64,000 nucleotides of DNA from an uncultured Vicinamibacteraceae bacterium (GCA_964507425.1 CAZDQD010000015.1:1071-65070), one strand, 5' to 3'. Shown: positions 17,700 to 28,050, numbered from the stretch's first letter. The notes: generated from the sequence alone by a model not told the origin. Numbers and translations: made by a program.

Positions 17700-20087
17700 A
17701 TGAGCCTAGTAAATTTTGTTGCTACCACGTGTCGTCGCCGTCTGATTCTTACTAGTGTTCTGTCTGCCTGTTTTCTGTTTCTTGCTGCTGACGTACTGGC
17801 GGAACAGTCTCCCACGGCGGCGCAGGAACATCGTCAGTTACTCGACCGTTACTGCGTAACCTGCCATAACGATCGACTCGAAACTGCTGGGTTAAGTCTG
17901 GAGGCTGTAGACCTCGACCAGGTGGGAGTACACGCTGAACTCCTTGAAAAGGTGGTTCGGAAATTGCGGACCGGTACGATGCCACCGTCAAATCGACCCC
18001 AGCCTGAGAAGATGCAACGCCAGGGGATGGTGGACTGGTTAGAAGGCAGTCTCGATGCGGTTGCTGAAACCCGACCAAATCCGGGGCGTACGGACACGCT
18101 TCGTCGTCTCAATCGGACGGAGTATGCAAACGCGGTAAGGGATCTTCTAGATCTAGAGATAGATGCGACCGAACTTCTTCCACCTGATGAGAGTGGTTAC
18201 GGGTTCGACAATGTAACGGTCGGCGATCTGTCGCCGATGTTGCTCGACAGATACATTTCAGCAGCGCAACGCATTAGCCGACTAGCAATTGGGACAACGC
18301 AGACGTCACTGCAGAGTGAAGTGGTTCGAATTGCTCAGGATGTCACTCAGGAGAAACATGTAGTCGGGTTGCCGATTGGGACGCGTGGCGGTGCGTCCAT
18401 CCCGTTTAATTTTGTGCAGGACGGTCAGTATGACATCGAGATTCGACTTGCTCGGAATCGGGAAGGATTAGTTGGGGGCTTACGTCAAGCGGGCAGTCAC
18501 ACCTTGGAGCTGCTTCTTGATCGGGAACACTTGACCTCCTTTGTTATTGAACAACCGCCCGATGGGGACGATCATTCCCGTCTAGATGAGCACCTAAAGG
18601 CGCGTGTGGCTGTGACAGCTGGTCCCCATGACATTGGAGTAACTTTTATCGAAAGTTGGTCCTCGTTGCTTGAAACGGAGCGCCAACCTGGGCAATCGCA
18701 GTTTAACGAAACGAGGCATCCTCGGATTACACCGGCCGTATATGAGGTGTCGATTACTGGCCCGTACGAGGCATTCGGCGCATCGGCTACTCCGGCGCGG
18801 GAACGTCTTTTCGTTTGTGAACCAGGTATGACGGATGAAGAGGAAACGTGTGCCCAGTCGATATTGTCGACGGTGATGCAACGAGCCTACCGTCGACCGG
18901 TTACACAGGACGACATAGCTGGAGCGATGGCGTTTTACCGCGAGGGGCGAGCGGAGGGTGGTTTTGATGCGGGTATAGGCAATGCGTTAAGTTCGGTTTT
19001 GGTTAATCCTTCGTTCCTGTTTCGTGTTGAATTTGATCCGACGGATGTTGACCCAGATGCGGTCTATGAAATTACAGACCTTGAACTAGCTTCCCGACTG
19101 TCCTTCTTTTTGTGGAGCAGTATTCCGGATGATGAACTGCTTGCGACGGCGATAAGTGGTGAGCTGAGTGACCCGGAAGAACTCGAGCGTCAAACGCTTC
19201 GACTTTTGCGTGATCCGCGTTCTTACAACCTTGCAAGCAACTTTGCTGGCCAGTGGTTACGCCTACGCAATTTAGAGGCTGTGAGTCCAAACCCAAGGAT
19301 GTTTCCTGATTTTGATGACAACTTACGACAGGCCTTTCGACAGGAAACAGAGTTGTTTATCGACAGTGTGCTTAAAGAAGACCGGAGTGTGTTGGATCTC
19401 CTTGATGCCAAATACACTTTCCTGAACGAACGGCTGGCCAAGCATTATGGGATAGCCGGCATTTATGGCAGTCGGTTCCGGCGAGTGGAACTTGGTCTGG
19501 ACAGTAAACGCGGAGGGCTGTTACGGCACGGCAGTGTCCTCTCCGTGACGTCATATGCGACGAGGACGTCACCGGTGATTCGTGGCGTATGGGTGCTTGA
19601 TAATATTTATGGTGCCCCGCCTCCGCCGCCTTTACCGAATGTTCCGGCGTTGGAAGAGAATTCGGTGGCGGCTAACCTGACGATGCGAGATCGACTTGCT
19701 CAGCATAGGAATAATGCTGTTTGCGCAAGCTGCCATCGAACGATTGATCCCGTTGGATTTTCGATGGAGAACTTTGATGCTATCGGGCGGTGGCGTGAAA
19801 GCGACGGCGACAACGGTCCTATTGATGCTTCTGGAGGGCTGCCTGGTGTTGGGGATTTTTCTGGTGTCGCTGGTCTTGAGACTGGCTTATTAAGCCGACC
19901 AGAGATGTTTGCGAACGCTTTAACTGAAAAATTGATGGTTTTTGGACTCGGTCGAGGTTTAGATTATTACGACGCACCGGCGGTGCGGAAAATATTGCGC
20001 GAAGCAGAGGTAGAGGGTTATCGTTTCTCGTCACTCATACTGGGTATTGTTAAGAGCATTCCGTTTCAGATGAGGAAATCGACATGA
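17700..20087 (+). CDS. DUF1592/1587/1588/1585/1595 (PSCyt-type) protein with c-type heme motifs
   Basis: Signal peptide; CVTCH then GTMPP; LRRLNRTEYANAVRDLL; LASRLSFFLWSSIPDDEL; TSPVIRGVWVL; CASCH. Confidence 0.88.
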   Translation: MSLVNFVATTCRRRLILTSVLSACFLFLAADVLAEQSPTAAQEHRQLLDRYCVTCHNDRLETAGLSLEAVDLDQVGVHAELLEKVVRKLRTGTMPPSNRPQPEKMQRQGMVDWLEGSLDAVAETRPNPGRTDTLRRLNRTEYANAVRDLLDLEIDATELLPPDESGYGFDNVTVGDLSPMLLDRYISAAQRISRLAIGTTQTSLQSEVVRIAQDVTQEKHVVGLPIGTRGGASIPFNFVQDGQYDIEIRLARNREGLVGGLRQAGSHTLELLLDREHLTSFVIEQPPDGDDHSRLDEHLKARVAVTAGPHDIGVTFIESWSSLLETERQPGQSQFNETRHPRITPAVYEVSITGPYEAFGASATPARERLFVCEPGMTDEEETCAQSILSTVMQRAYRRPVTQDDIAGAMAFYREGRAEGGFDAGIGNALSSVLVNPSFLFRVEFDPTDVDPDAVYEITDLELASRLSFFLWSSIPDDELLATAISGELSDPEELERQTLRLLRDPRSYNLASNFAGQWLRLRNLEAVSPNPRMFPDFDDNLRQAFRQETELFIDSVLKEDRSVLDLLDAKYTFLNERLAKHYGIAGIYGSRFRRVELGLDSKRGGLLRHGSVLSVTSYATRTSPVIRGVWVLDNIYGAPPPPPLPNVPALEENSVAANLTMRDRLAQHRNNAVCASCHRTIDPVGFSMENFDAIGRWRESDGDNGPIDASGGLPGVGDFSGVAGLETGLLSRPEMFANALTEKLMVFGLGRGLDYYDAPAVRKILREAEVEGYRFSSLILGIVKSIPFQMRKST

Positions 20088-21427
20088 TTATTACAAAGAG
20101 AGCGCTTCCAAGACGAACCTTCCTTAGAGGTCTTCAAGCCACGTTGGCGTTGCCACTACTGGATGCGATGATACCAGCGGCTACGGCTCTGGCGAATACA
20201 GCGGCGAAACCCGTGTCTAGGTTGGGTTTTGTGTTTGTCCCGATGGGTTGTAACCATGCGAAATGGACACCGGAAGGCGAGGGCAGACTGGAAAGTCTTT
20301 CTCCTATTCTTAGTCCACTTGCTCCGGTGAAGGATCAGCTTACGGTAGTGACTAATCTGGAACTTGAAAATTCCTATCCGGGCACACACGACACATCAAA
20401 TTCGGGGTTTCTGAGTGCGGCTTTTGCAAAGCACACGGAGAGTTCAGATTACCACTTGGGAACGACTGTTGATCAGCTTGCCGTCAAACAGATTGGCCAA
20501 GAAACCCAGTTGCCGTCGTTAGAGTTGTCGATGGATCTCGATCCTCTAGCTGGTGTCTGTAATAACGGTTATGCGTGTGTCTATCAGAACTGTTTGTCGT
20601 GGTCGTCTCCGACCACGCCACTGCCATCGGAGGCGCATCCCCGTATTGTTTTTGAACGGCTCTTCGGAGAGGGAGGGAGTCCGGAGGAACGGGAGGCTAA
20701 CCTTCAGAGTCGGGCGAGCTTACTCGACGCTTTCAGTGACGACATTTCACGTTTGAAGGGTATGTTGGGTACAAGTGACCGTGCGAGGATTGATCAATAT
20801 TTGAATAGCATTCGTGAGGTGGAGCGCCAAATACAGCGTGCTGAGGCGGCTGTTAGAAATAATCCTGATCCGGATATAGATCGGCCGTTAGGAGTGCCGG
20901 TTGCATTCGAGGACCACGCGCGTTTGATGTTTGACTTGCAAGCATTGGCCTTTCAGGGAGACATCACCAGAATCGCAACGTTCCAACTGACACGGGAGCT
21001 CAACAACCGTACGTATCCAGAGATAGGCGTTCCGGACCCGCATCATCCCACGAGCCATCACGGAAATGACCCCGAAAAACTGGAGAAGATAGCCAAGATC
21101 AACACGTATCACGTCTCGTTGTTCTCGGAGTTTTTACAGAAATTGCACGATACGCCAGATGGCGATGGTTCGCTATTGGATCACACGGTGTACATGTATG
21201 GCAGTGGCATTGGTAATCCAAGTCTGCACGACCATCAGAACCTTCCGATTCTGGTTGCTGGTGGCGCCGCGTCCGGTATGAATGGTGGCCAGCATATTCG
21301 CTACAAGGAAGAAACGCCGCTGGCGAATTTGCATTTAACATTGCTTGATCGTGTGGGCGTGCATCTTGATTCTTTCGAGGATAGCTCCGGAAAAATCGAG
21401 AACTTGTTTGATGAGGTTGGCGTTTAG
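20084..21427 (+). CDS. DUF1552 (HXXSHH) domain protein with Tat-like N-terminus
   Basis: LPRRTFLRG; LPLLDAM; LPSLELS; HHPTSHH; DGDGSLLDHT; overlaps the DUF1592 stop (ATGA). Confidence 0.88.
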   Translation: MIITKRALPRRTFLRGLQATLALPLLDAMIPAATALANTAAKPVSRLGFVFVPMGCNHAKWTPEGEGRLESLSPILSPLAPVKDQLTVVTNLELENSYPGTHDTSNSGFLSAAFAKHTESSDYHLGTTVDQLAVKQIGQETQLPSLELSMDLDPLAGVCNNGYACVYQNCLSWSSPTTPLPSEAHPRIVFERLFGEGGSPEEREANLQSRASLLDAFSDDISRLKGMLGTSDRARIDQYLNSIREVERQIQRAEAAVRNNPDPDIDRPLGVPVAFEDHARLMFDLQALAFQGDITRIATFQLTRELNNRTYPEIGVPDPHHPTSHHGNDPEKLEKIAKINTYHVSLFSEFLQKLHDTPDGDGSLLDHTVYMYGSGIGNPSLHDHQNLPILVAGGAASGMNGGQHIRYKEETPLANLHLTLLDRVGVHLDSFEDSSGKIENLFDEVGV

Positions 21428-21473
21428 TTCGCGTTTGTGTATCTGGCAGAACACAGAGCGGGAGAAGCAGATT

Positions 21474-23018
21474 ATGGCAATGAGGAAAGTGTGTGGGCTG
21501 GTTCTTATGGTGCTTGTTGCAACAGGTGCTGTAGGGTTGGCGGAAGAAGCTGAGCTTGCCGACGCGGGCGAGGCTCAGCAAGATCACCTCATCCGTTCGC
21601 TGCTTGCCGAAGGGCAGGATCTAAACGTAACGCAGGTGGATGGTATGGCAGCAATTCATTGGGCTGCCTATCATGATGACGTCGAAACGACGAGACTATT
21701 GATTGATGCCGGTGCGCAGGTTGATGTAGTAAATCGTTACGGCGTGACACCACTATCCCTGGCTGCAGAAAACGGGAACGGCACGCTTATTGAGGCGTTA
21801 CTCGAAGCGGGAGCGGACCCGAACGCAATACTTAGAGGGGGCGAAACTGTGTTGATGACGGCCTCTCGAACTGGAGGTCTTGAAGGGGTCAAGGCCCTTT
21901 TGGCCAAGGGAGCGAATCCTAATGTCGTAGAGGCCCGTAATCAGACTGCGCTTATGTGGGCAGCTGCTGAAGGTCACGCTGACGTTGTGCAGGAGTTAGT
22001 GGCTGCTGGTGCGGATGTTGAGGCGAAACTGGGATCGGGGTATACCCCAGTTTTCTTTGCCGCTCGCGAGGGTCACATGGCAGTGATCCAAGTTTTACTT
22101 GCAGCAGGTGTGGATATTAATGGTGGTCTCGAGCGGCCCAAAGAGGGTTCGGCGACGTTTGTCGAAAATCCCCGCGATAAGCCGATTGACGATGGGATGA
22201 GTCCCCTTCTGCTCGCTGTGAGAAATGGTCATTTTGAGGTTGCACTTGAGTTAGTTGAGGCCGGTGCAGACCCGAATGACATGAGGACTGGGTTTACGCC
22301 GTTGCATACGGTGAGTTGGGTCAGAAAGCCAGATGCGAGCGATACGGGCGATCCCGCCCCTGTTGGGTCCGGCAATGTCACAAGCCTAGAGTTTGTGAGT
22401 GAAATGGTGTCGTTAGGTGCGGACGTTAATGCGGTGCTGGCTTCAGAGACGGGACGTCCTCCCCATACGGCCTCGCGTTTAGCGCGAGAAGGTTCGACGC
22501 CGTTTTTAATGGCAGCGGATCGGGCAGATGCCGCGCTGATGCAGACGTTTGTCGACCTTGGTGCTGATCCGTTTTTAGCAAATGCAGAATTATCGACCCC
22601 GCTCATGGCGGCGGCTGGCCTTGGGACGACTGCCCCTCTTGAGGAGGCCGGCACCGAACTCGACGCCCAACAGGCGGTTACATTGCTGCTCGATTTGGGA
22701 GCCGATATTGACGCGGTTGATTCGAACGGGGATACACCAATGCACGGTGCGACATACGCGCACTTTCCATCCATTGTGAATTTGCTCTCCGATCACGGCG
22801 CCGATATTGAGGTCTGGACTAGGCAGAACGAGCGCGGGCTGAGTCCTCTCTTCATTGCCGAGGGACATCGAGGCGGTGGGTTTAAACCCTCGCGGCCAAC
22901 GATTGACGCGGTAATGGCGCTTATGCTTGGTGCGGGTGTGTCGACTGACGGACCTCGACCAAGAATTCGTGATATCTACGAAAAAAAACCGGAACCGCCG
23001 GCTGGTGGTGTCAGGTAG
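21474..23018 (+). CDS. Exported ankyrin-repeat protein
   Basis: Signal peptide; repeated GxTPL/ALxxAA ankyrin units (GVTPLSLAA, NQTALMWAA, GYTPVFFAA, GMSPLLLAV). Confidence 0.88.
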   Translation: MAMRKVCGLVLMVLVATGAVGLAEEAELADAGEAQQDHLIRSLLAEGQDLNVTQVDGMAAIHWAAYHDDVETTRLLIDAGAQVDVVNRYGVTPLSLAAENGNGTLIEALLEAGADPNAILRGGETVLMTASRTGGLEGVKALLAKGANPNVVEARNQTALMWAAAEGHADVVQELVAAGADVEAKLGSGYTPVFFAAREGHMAVIQVLLAAGVDINGGLERPKEGSATFVENPRDKPIDDGMSPLLLAVRNGHFEVALELVEAGADPNDMRTGFTPLHTVSWVRKPDASDTGDPAPVGSGNVTSLEFVSEMVSLGADVNAVLASETGRPPHTASRLAREGSTPFLMAADRADAALMQTFVDLGADPFLANAELSTPLMAAAGLGTTAPLEEAGTELDAQQAVTLLLDLGADIDAVDSNGDTPMHGATYAHFPSIVNLLSDHGADIEVWTRQNERGLSPLFIAEGHRGGGFKPSRPTIDAVMALMLGAGVSTDGPRPRIRDIYEKKPEPPAGGVR

Positions 23019-23201
23019 CGGCACACTGTGCTGCAAACAAATTGTCTGTATGTTGAGGTCTGACGGATAGCTGACTACTTACGGGTGAATCCTTAATCCT
23101 GACAAGACACGGGCTGTTCATGGCTACGTCGTGTGGTCAAGTGCCAGTAATATTCGATCTTAACGTGAGTGGTAATAGCTTTTGTTACTCGCTGATTGAG
23201 G

Positions 23202-23873
23202 ATGATGACTAGTGTTGTGTCGCCAGACACATTGGTCCTAGTACCGACAGAGTTGGAGCGCGGTCTTTTAGATAAGATACCTGGCTTTGATTGGAAAGGC
23301 CGTTCGGAACTGTGTGGCTTTGGTCCCATCGGTGCCGGTGTAAGGACGGCCACTCTAATCGCCCAGCTTCGGCCAAAAAGAATTCTACTGGTTGGCTTGG
23401 CTGGCACGTACGACCCGGTGAGTGTGCCCATCGGAACAGCGGTTCTCTTTAACCGCGTCGCTATGTATGGCGTTGGAAGCGGCAACGGGCCGGGGTTTGT
23501 GTCTGCTGCATCCATGGGGTTTACAGAATTCGTGGGTTGTCGCAACATGGAAAGAGGTCGTGAACTGCAGTTGCAAACATTGGGCACAGTGGCACGCGGC
23601 ACACTTCTCACATGTACAACTGCGTCGGCAACGTCAGAGGATGTTGCACAGCGGCAGTCTATCGTGCCGGATGCCGTAGCAGAGGATATGGAAGGTTTCG
23701 CCGTGGCGTTGGCGTGCCAATATGCCGGTGTAGAAGTGGCAATTGTGCGGGGAATTTGCAATCAGGCTGGTGATAGAGATCGGTCACATTGGAAGACTAC
23801 GCAGGCAATGCGTCTGGCGTGGGACCTTGCGGATGGCATTCTAAATTGTGCATCTTGGAATCCGGACAAATGA
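23202..23873 (+). CDS. mqnB: Futalosine hydrolase
   Basis: PNP/UDP fold: GFGPIGA, LVGLAG, EDMEGFAVALAC, RGICNQAGDRDRSHW; ATGA-coupled to mqnD. Confidence 0.8.
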   Translation: MMTSVVSPDTLVLVPTELERGLLDKIPGFDWKGRSELCGFGPIGAGVRTATLIAQLRPKRILLVGLAGTYDPVSVPIGTAVLFNRVAMYGVGSGNGPGFVSAASMGFTEFVGCRNMERGRELQLQTLGTVARGTLLTCTTASATSEDVAQRQSIVPDAVAEDMEGFAVALACQYAGVEVAIVRGICNQAGDRDRSHWKTTQAMRLAWDLADGILNCASWNPDK

Positions 23874-24727
23874 TGCGCATTCACTTGGGAATCTCAACCT
23901 GTCCGAATGACACATTTGCGTTTCACGGCATTCTTAAGAAGTGTGTGAACCTTCGAGGACTTGAGTTTGCGATTGAACTACTTGACGTAGAAGAACTAAA
24001 TCGGCGGCTGTTGGCGGGAGAGTTTGATGTTGCCAAGGCGAGTTTTCATGCTGCCCTTTATATGACTGAGCAACTCGGCGTGTTGCCAGTTGGCTCGGCT
24101 TTAGGATTTGGGGTTGGGCCGATACTTCTTGGCGCTAGCCCTAATACTCGGCCCGGGGACCGATTGAGGGCTTCAGCCGGTGGAGACCTCCCGCATGTAC
24201 TTTGTCCGGGGGAGCACACGACGGCGACGCTGCTGTATCGACTGTTTCATGCTGATGAAGGACTTGAGAAACAAGTTGTCTTTTCCAACATTATGCCGGC
24301 TCTACAGGAGAAGAAAGCAGATTTTGGTGTGTGTATTCACGAGGGACGATTTACTTGGAAGAACTACGGTCTTTCGTTTGTAGAGGACTTGGGTTCTACG
24401 TGGGAAGCCGATACCTCTTCGCCGCTTCCATTAGGGGGCATTTTAGCCCGTCACCGGTTGGGTGAAGAGTGTATGGCAACTTTGACGGCTGTTATCAGAG
24501 ATTCGCTCAGCTATGCTGAGGCCCACAGAGAAGAGGTCGTGTCGACGATGCGTCAGTACGCGCAAGAATTATCTGAAGGAGTGATGTTTCAACACGTCGA
24601 TTTGTATGTAAATGAGTGGACATACGACCTCGGAGATGTAGGTAGATCGGCATTGTTTACATTGCATGAGAGGGCGACAGACATCGGATTGTTGCCCCCC
24701 ACCGTACCTCGATTAACCGTTTACTGA
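23870..24727 (+). CDS. mqnD: 1,4-dihydroxy-6-naphthoate synthase
   Basis: GISTCPNDTF, DVEELN, TTATLL, IHEGRFT, PLPLGGI, HVDLYVNE. Confidence 0.88.
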   Translation: MMRIHLGISTCPNDTFAFHGILKKCVNLRGLEFAIELLDVEELNRRLLAGEFDVAKASFHAALYMTEQLGVLPVGSALGFGVGPILLGASPNTRPGDRLRASAGGDLPHVLCPGEHTTATLLYRLFHADEGLEKQVVFSNIMPALQEKKADFGVCIHEGRFTWKNYGLSFVEDLGSTWEADTSSPLPLGGILARHRLGEECMATLTAVIRDSLSYAEAHREEVVSTMRQYAQELSEGVMFQHVDLYVNEWTYDLGDVGRSALFTLHERATDIGLLPPTVPRLTVY

Positions 24728-24919
24728 TGTTACCGGGTACGGTTGTGCGTCGTCCTGCGACCGCCATCCAGCGAGCATGTCCGGCAGGCCGTAGTTGCAT
24801 TCATGGAATGCGCATTCATACACGGGACCATGACGCTGTGTCACCGGAAGTGACTCCCTCTAGGACGCAGTCTAAGCATTCACGGGTAAGTAACCGTTGC
24901 GCAAGAACGAGGGACGTGA

Positions 24920-26974
24920 TTAATCTGCTAGTGCGAATGACCAGAACCCAAGGCCTGAGGCGATTGCTACATATTGGCGACCACCGACCATATATGTCAT
25001 GGGTGAGGCTTTCCAGTCTTGGTTTAAGTGGAGATGCCAGAGCGGTTCGCCTGTCGTGGCATCAAGGGCAGCAAAGGCTCCACTATCATCGCCAAAGAAG
25101 ACAAGGCCTCCACTGGTGGATAAGACGCCCGAATACGTTTGCGCCTTTCCAGTTTGTGCGTAACTCCACGCGACATCGCCGGTTTGAATATCAATGGCTC
25201 GGATAAATTTTTGGTTCGGTGAATTTTCGGCGAGTCTGGCTGTGCCGCCTAACCAGCTACGACCACGCTGCCAGTCTCTATCGTTTTTCGTATAAGTCAT
25301 ACATGATTCATGGGCCAATAGATAGAACAGTTGTGTCCCTGGGTTATAGCTCGTAGCCCACCAGTTAGTGGCGCCTCGAATGGCGGGACATACGTCGTTT
25401 CCGTCCTCGGTGGGTTCTGTATTTGGTCGGACAATGGGGCGGCCTGAATCATCGAGTCCATCAGCCCACGTTTGATGGACGAACGGTTCACCAAGGAGAA
25501 ATTGGCCGTTTGTTCGGTCTAGTACGTAAAAGAATCCATTTCTGTTTCCCTGCAGAAGGAGCTTTCGGGGTTGTCCTCGATACACTTCGTCTACAAGTAA
25601 GAGCGGTTCTTGTGCGTCCCAATCGTGTGTGTCGTGCGGTGTGAACTGAAAATACCACTCGAGTGTGCCAGTCTGGGGCCGTAACGCGAGAACAGAATTT
25701 GTATAGAGGTTGTCCCCTGGACGACGGTCTCCGTTGAGATCTGGACAGGGATTCCCAGTGGCCCAGTAAAGAAGGTTGAGCTCCTCATCGTAACTTCCCG
25801 TTAACCACGTTGCACCGCATCCACGCTTGAGTACTTCTGGGTCTCCCCATGTTTCTGAGCCGGCTTCACCTGGAGCCGGGATAGTCCAGAAACGCCAGAC
25901 ACGTTCGCCGGTTTCAGCAGAATAGGCATCCAGGAATCCTCGGAGGCCAGTATCACCTGCGCTGATCCCCGCGATTACAAGTCCATCGACAACGAAAGGG
26001 GCCGCGACGGCGCCGTAATGATCGCGATAATCGGCCATTTCGGCGTCCCAGACGAGTTCGCCGTTATACCGGTTGATCGCGATTACGTGCGCGTGGTCGG
26101 TTACGGTAAATAACAGGTCTTCGCGTATCGCAACGCCCCGGTTGAGTCCGATGGCTGGGTCACCAACGAGGCCCATGGTGCGTGGTTGGGAGTAGCGCCA
26201 CAGTTCTCGTCCAGTCGTGCTATCAAGTGCATACACCTGATTCGGCCCCGTAACATACATAACACCTTCGATCACTACAGGTGTGCCTTCAATCATGGGA
26301 AGGTCAGGAATCGGAAAGAACCACTGGAGGGCCAGTTCGTCAATGGTATCGCGGTTGATTTGGTTCATCGTGCTGTAACGATTGGCGGTGTCACTCCCGT
26401 CGTACGAAGGCCAATCAACAAACGGTTCCGCCTGTTGTTCTCGAAGTTCTCCGTCATTACGACTCAAAAGGTGGAAGGCTCCGTCGGGCGTGCGGAGTTG
26501 CGCGTCAAAGCCACTTTCGTTCACGATCGTCCCGGTAAGAGTTCTTCTGTCACTGAGGTCAAGCGTGTCGTTGTACGGTTCGGGTGCGCGGGGATCCCTT
26601 GCCGCCGGAGCAACCATGGTGGCTAGCTCCTTGAGATAAATGATTAGAGCATCAAGTTCGTCGACTTCAATGTTAAATGAGGGCATTCCCTTCGAGAGCA
26701 CGCCCTGGGTGATGATGCGTGTGAGGCTTTCGGTATTCAGCTGGTACAACTGCGGCAATATTGAACGGGCTCTGTCGGTACCAGCGGCGTCGCCACCATG
26801 GCAGAGTGCACACCGACTTTGGTAGGAATCCGCACCCTGTCCGGTAGCATGTGTTGGGAGTAGCGCGAACAAACCGGCTGTTAAGACGATTGTTAGTAGG
26901 GATTTTCCGCGCACTACGTTAATCTTTGTCTGTGGTTGTACGCACTGGACTTTACAACGGTTCCATTGTGACAT
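24920..26974 (-). CDS. Quinoprotein-type dehydrogenase with N-terminal cytochrome c domain (start uncertain, ~26915-26974)
   Basis: CALCH then KGMPSF; linker beta-domain; DWPSYDG, LNRGVA, GATWLTGSYD, GNPCPD, FTPHDTHDWDAQE. Confidence 0.85.
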   Translation of the reverse strand: MSQWNRCKVQCVQPQTKINVVRGKSLLTIVLTAGLFALLPTHATGQGADSYQSRCALCHGGDAAGTDRARSILPQLYQLNTESLTRIITQGVLSKGMPSFNIEVDELDALIIYLKELATMVAPAARDPRAPEPYNDTLDLSDRRTLTGTIVNESGFDAQLRTPDGAFHLLSRNDGELREQQAEPFVDWPSYDGSDTANRYSTMNQINRDTIDELALQWFFPIPDLPMIEGTPVVIEGVMYVTGPNQVYALDSTTGRELWRYSQPRTMGLVGDPAIGLNRGVAIREDLLFTVTDHAHVIAINRYNGELVWDAEMADYRDHYGAVAAPFVVDGLVIAGISAGDTGLRGFLDAYSAETGERVWRFWTIPAPGEAGSETWGDPEVLKRGCGATWLTGSYDEELNLLYWATGNPCPDLNGDRRPGDNLYTNSVLALRPQTGTLEWYFQFTPHDTHDWDAQEPLLLVDEVYRGQPRKLLLQGNRNGFFYVLDRTNGQFLLGEPFVHQTWADGLDDSGRPIVRPNTEPTEDGNDVCPAIRGATNWWATSYNPGTQLFYLLAHESCMTYTKNDRDWQRGRSWLGGTARLAENSPNQKFIRAIDIQTGDVAWSYAQTGKAQTYSGVLSTSGGLVFFGDDSGAFAALDATTGEPLWHLHLNQDWKASPMTYMVGGRQYVAIASGLGFWSFALAD

Positions 26975-27054
26975 GGCCACTATTTTACGTTGTACGGAGA
27001 GTATTGAGGGTGCTGAAAACAGCATGGTCATGCTTGGATGTGGAGGGGATAGTA

Positions 27055-28044
27055 ATGCCGAGGTTTTTACTGGTGGTGTGGGTGTTAATGGCTGTCGTGG
27101 TGACAGGAGTTGCACCCGTCGATGCTCAAACGGACATTCCTAAGACCCCATGGGGGCAGCCCGACTTGCAGGGTGTTTGGGACTTTCGGACGATTACACC
27201 CATGCAACGTCCTGAGCAATACGGGGACAGAGAGTTTTTGACTGAAGAGGAGGCCGCAGATCTCGATCAAGCGGCAATTGATAGAGAAGAACGGTTATGG
27301 AACCAAGCTGCCGAGCGCACTGAGGCGGGAGGCAACGTTGATAGGCGCGGCGCCGGTCAGGCACCGGGCTCATATAATCAGTTTTGGATCGATGTCGGTA
27401 CGAATACGGTCGACACAAGGAGAACTTCGTTGATTGTCGACCCACTCAATGGTCGCTATCCGTCGTTAACCCCCGCGGGCCAGCGTCGTGCGGCGGAGGG
27501 AAGCGCGAGACGCGATCGGGCAGATTCGTTTACAGACTTTAGTGCCGGTGTGCGCTGTATTTTAGGCTTCAATGCGGGTCCTCCTTTTACTCCGAGCGCA
27601 TATAACAACAACATGCAATTGTTTCAGACCCCAGACACCGTCGCGATTATGACGGAAATGGTGAATACATCTCGAGTTATCCCCCTTGACGGAAGACCTC
27701 ATTTAGACGCGGATGTATTGCAGTGGTCGGGTGATTCGAGAGGTTATTGGGAGGGCGATACGCTAGTTGTCGAAACGAGAAACTTTGATGCTAAGCGTCG
27801 GTGGAGGAATTCAAGTCAACAAATGAGGTTGGTAGAAAAATTCACTCGTGTTGACGCTGATACCTTAGAGTATGAATTCACGATTGCCGACCCTGATACT
27901 TGGGTTTCAGCGTGGACTGCCAATGTGCCTTTACGATTGAATCCCGATCCCGTTTTTGAATTTGCCTGCCATGAAGGAAATTATTCGATGCCGGTCATGT
28001 TGGGAGGGGCTCGGCTGGAGGAGCAAGAGGCCGCCGGGAGATAG
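27055..28044 (+). CDS. Exported conserved hypothetical protein (TPWGxPDxQG...EFACHEGN family)
   Basis: GGAGG upstream of ATG 27055; signal peptide; homologous to the C-terminal half of 31607..33376. Confidence 0.75.
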   Translation: MPRFLLVVWVLMAVVVTGVAPVDAQTDIPKTPWGQPDLQGVWDFRTITPMQRPEQYGDREFLTEEEAADLDQAAIDREERLWNQAAERTEAGGNVDRRGAGQAPGSYNQFWIDVGTNTVDTRRTSLIVDPLNGRYPSLTPAGQRRAAEGSARRDRADSFTDFSAGVRCILGFNAGPPFTPSAYNNNMQLFQTPDTVAIMTEMVNTSRVIPLDGRPHLDADVLQWSGDSRGYWEGDTLVVETRNFDAKRRWRNSSQQMRLVEKFTRVDADTLEYEFTIADPDTWVSAWTANVPLRLNPDPVFEFACHEGNYSMPVMLGGARLEEQEAAGR

Positions 28045-28050
28045 CATCTG

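Noticed and set aside
24728-24919. Hidden PqqA-like precursor peptide in this or other intergenic gaps
   Set aside because: No short ORF with an RBS and an E-x3-Y motif seen by eye; no pqqB-E adjacent
24727-25206. 159-aa ORF after mqnD
   Set aside because: Arg-rich, no motifs, and overlaps the 3' end of the minus-strand quinoprotein
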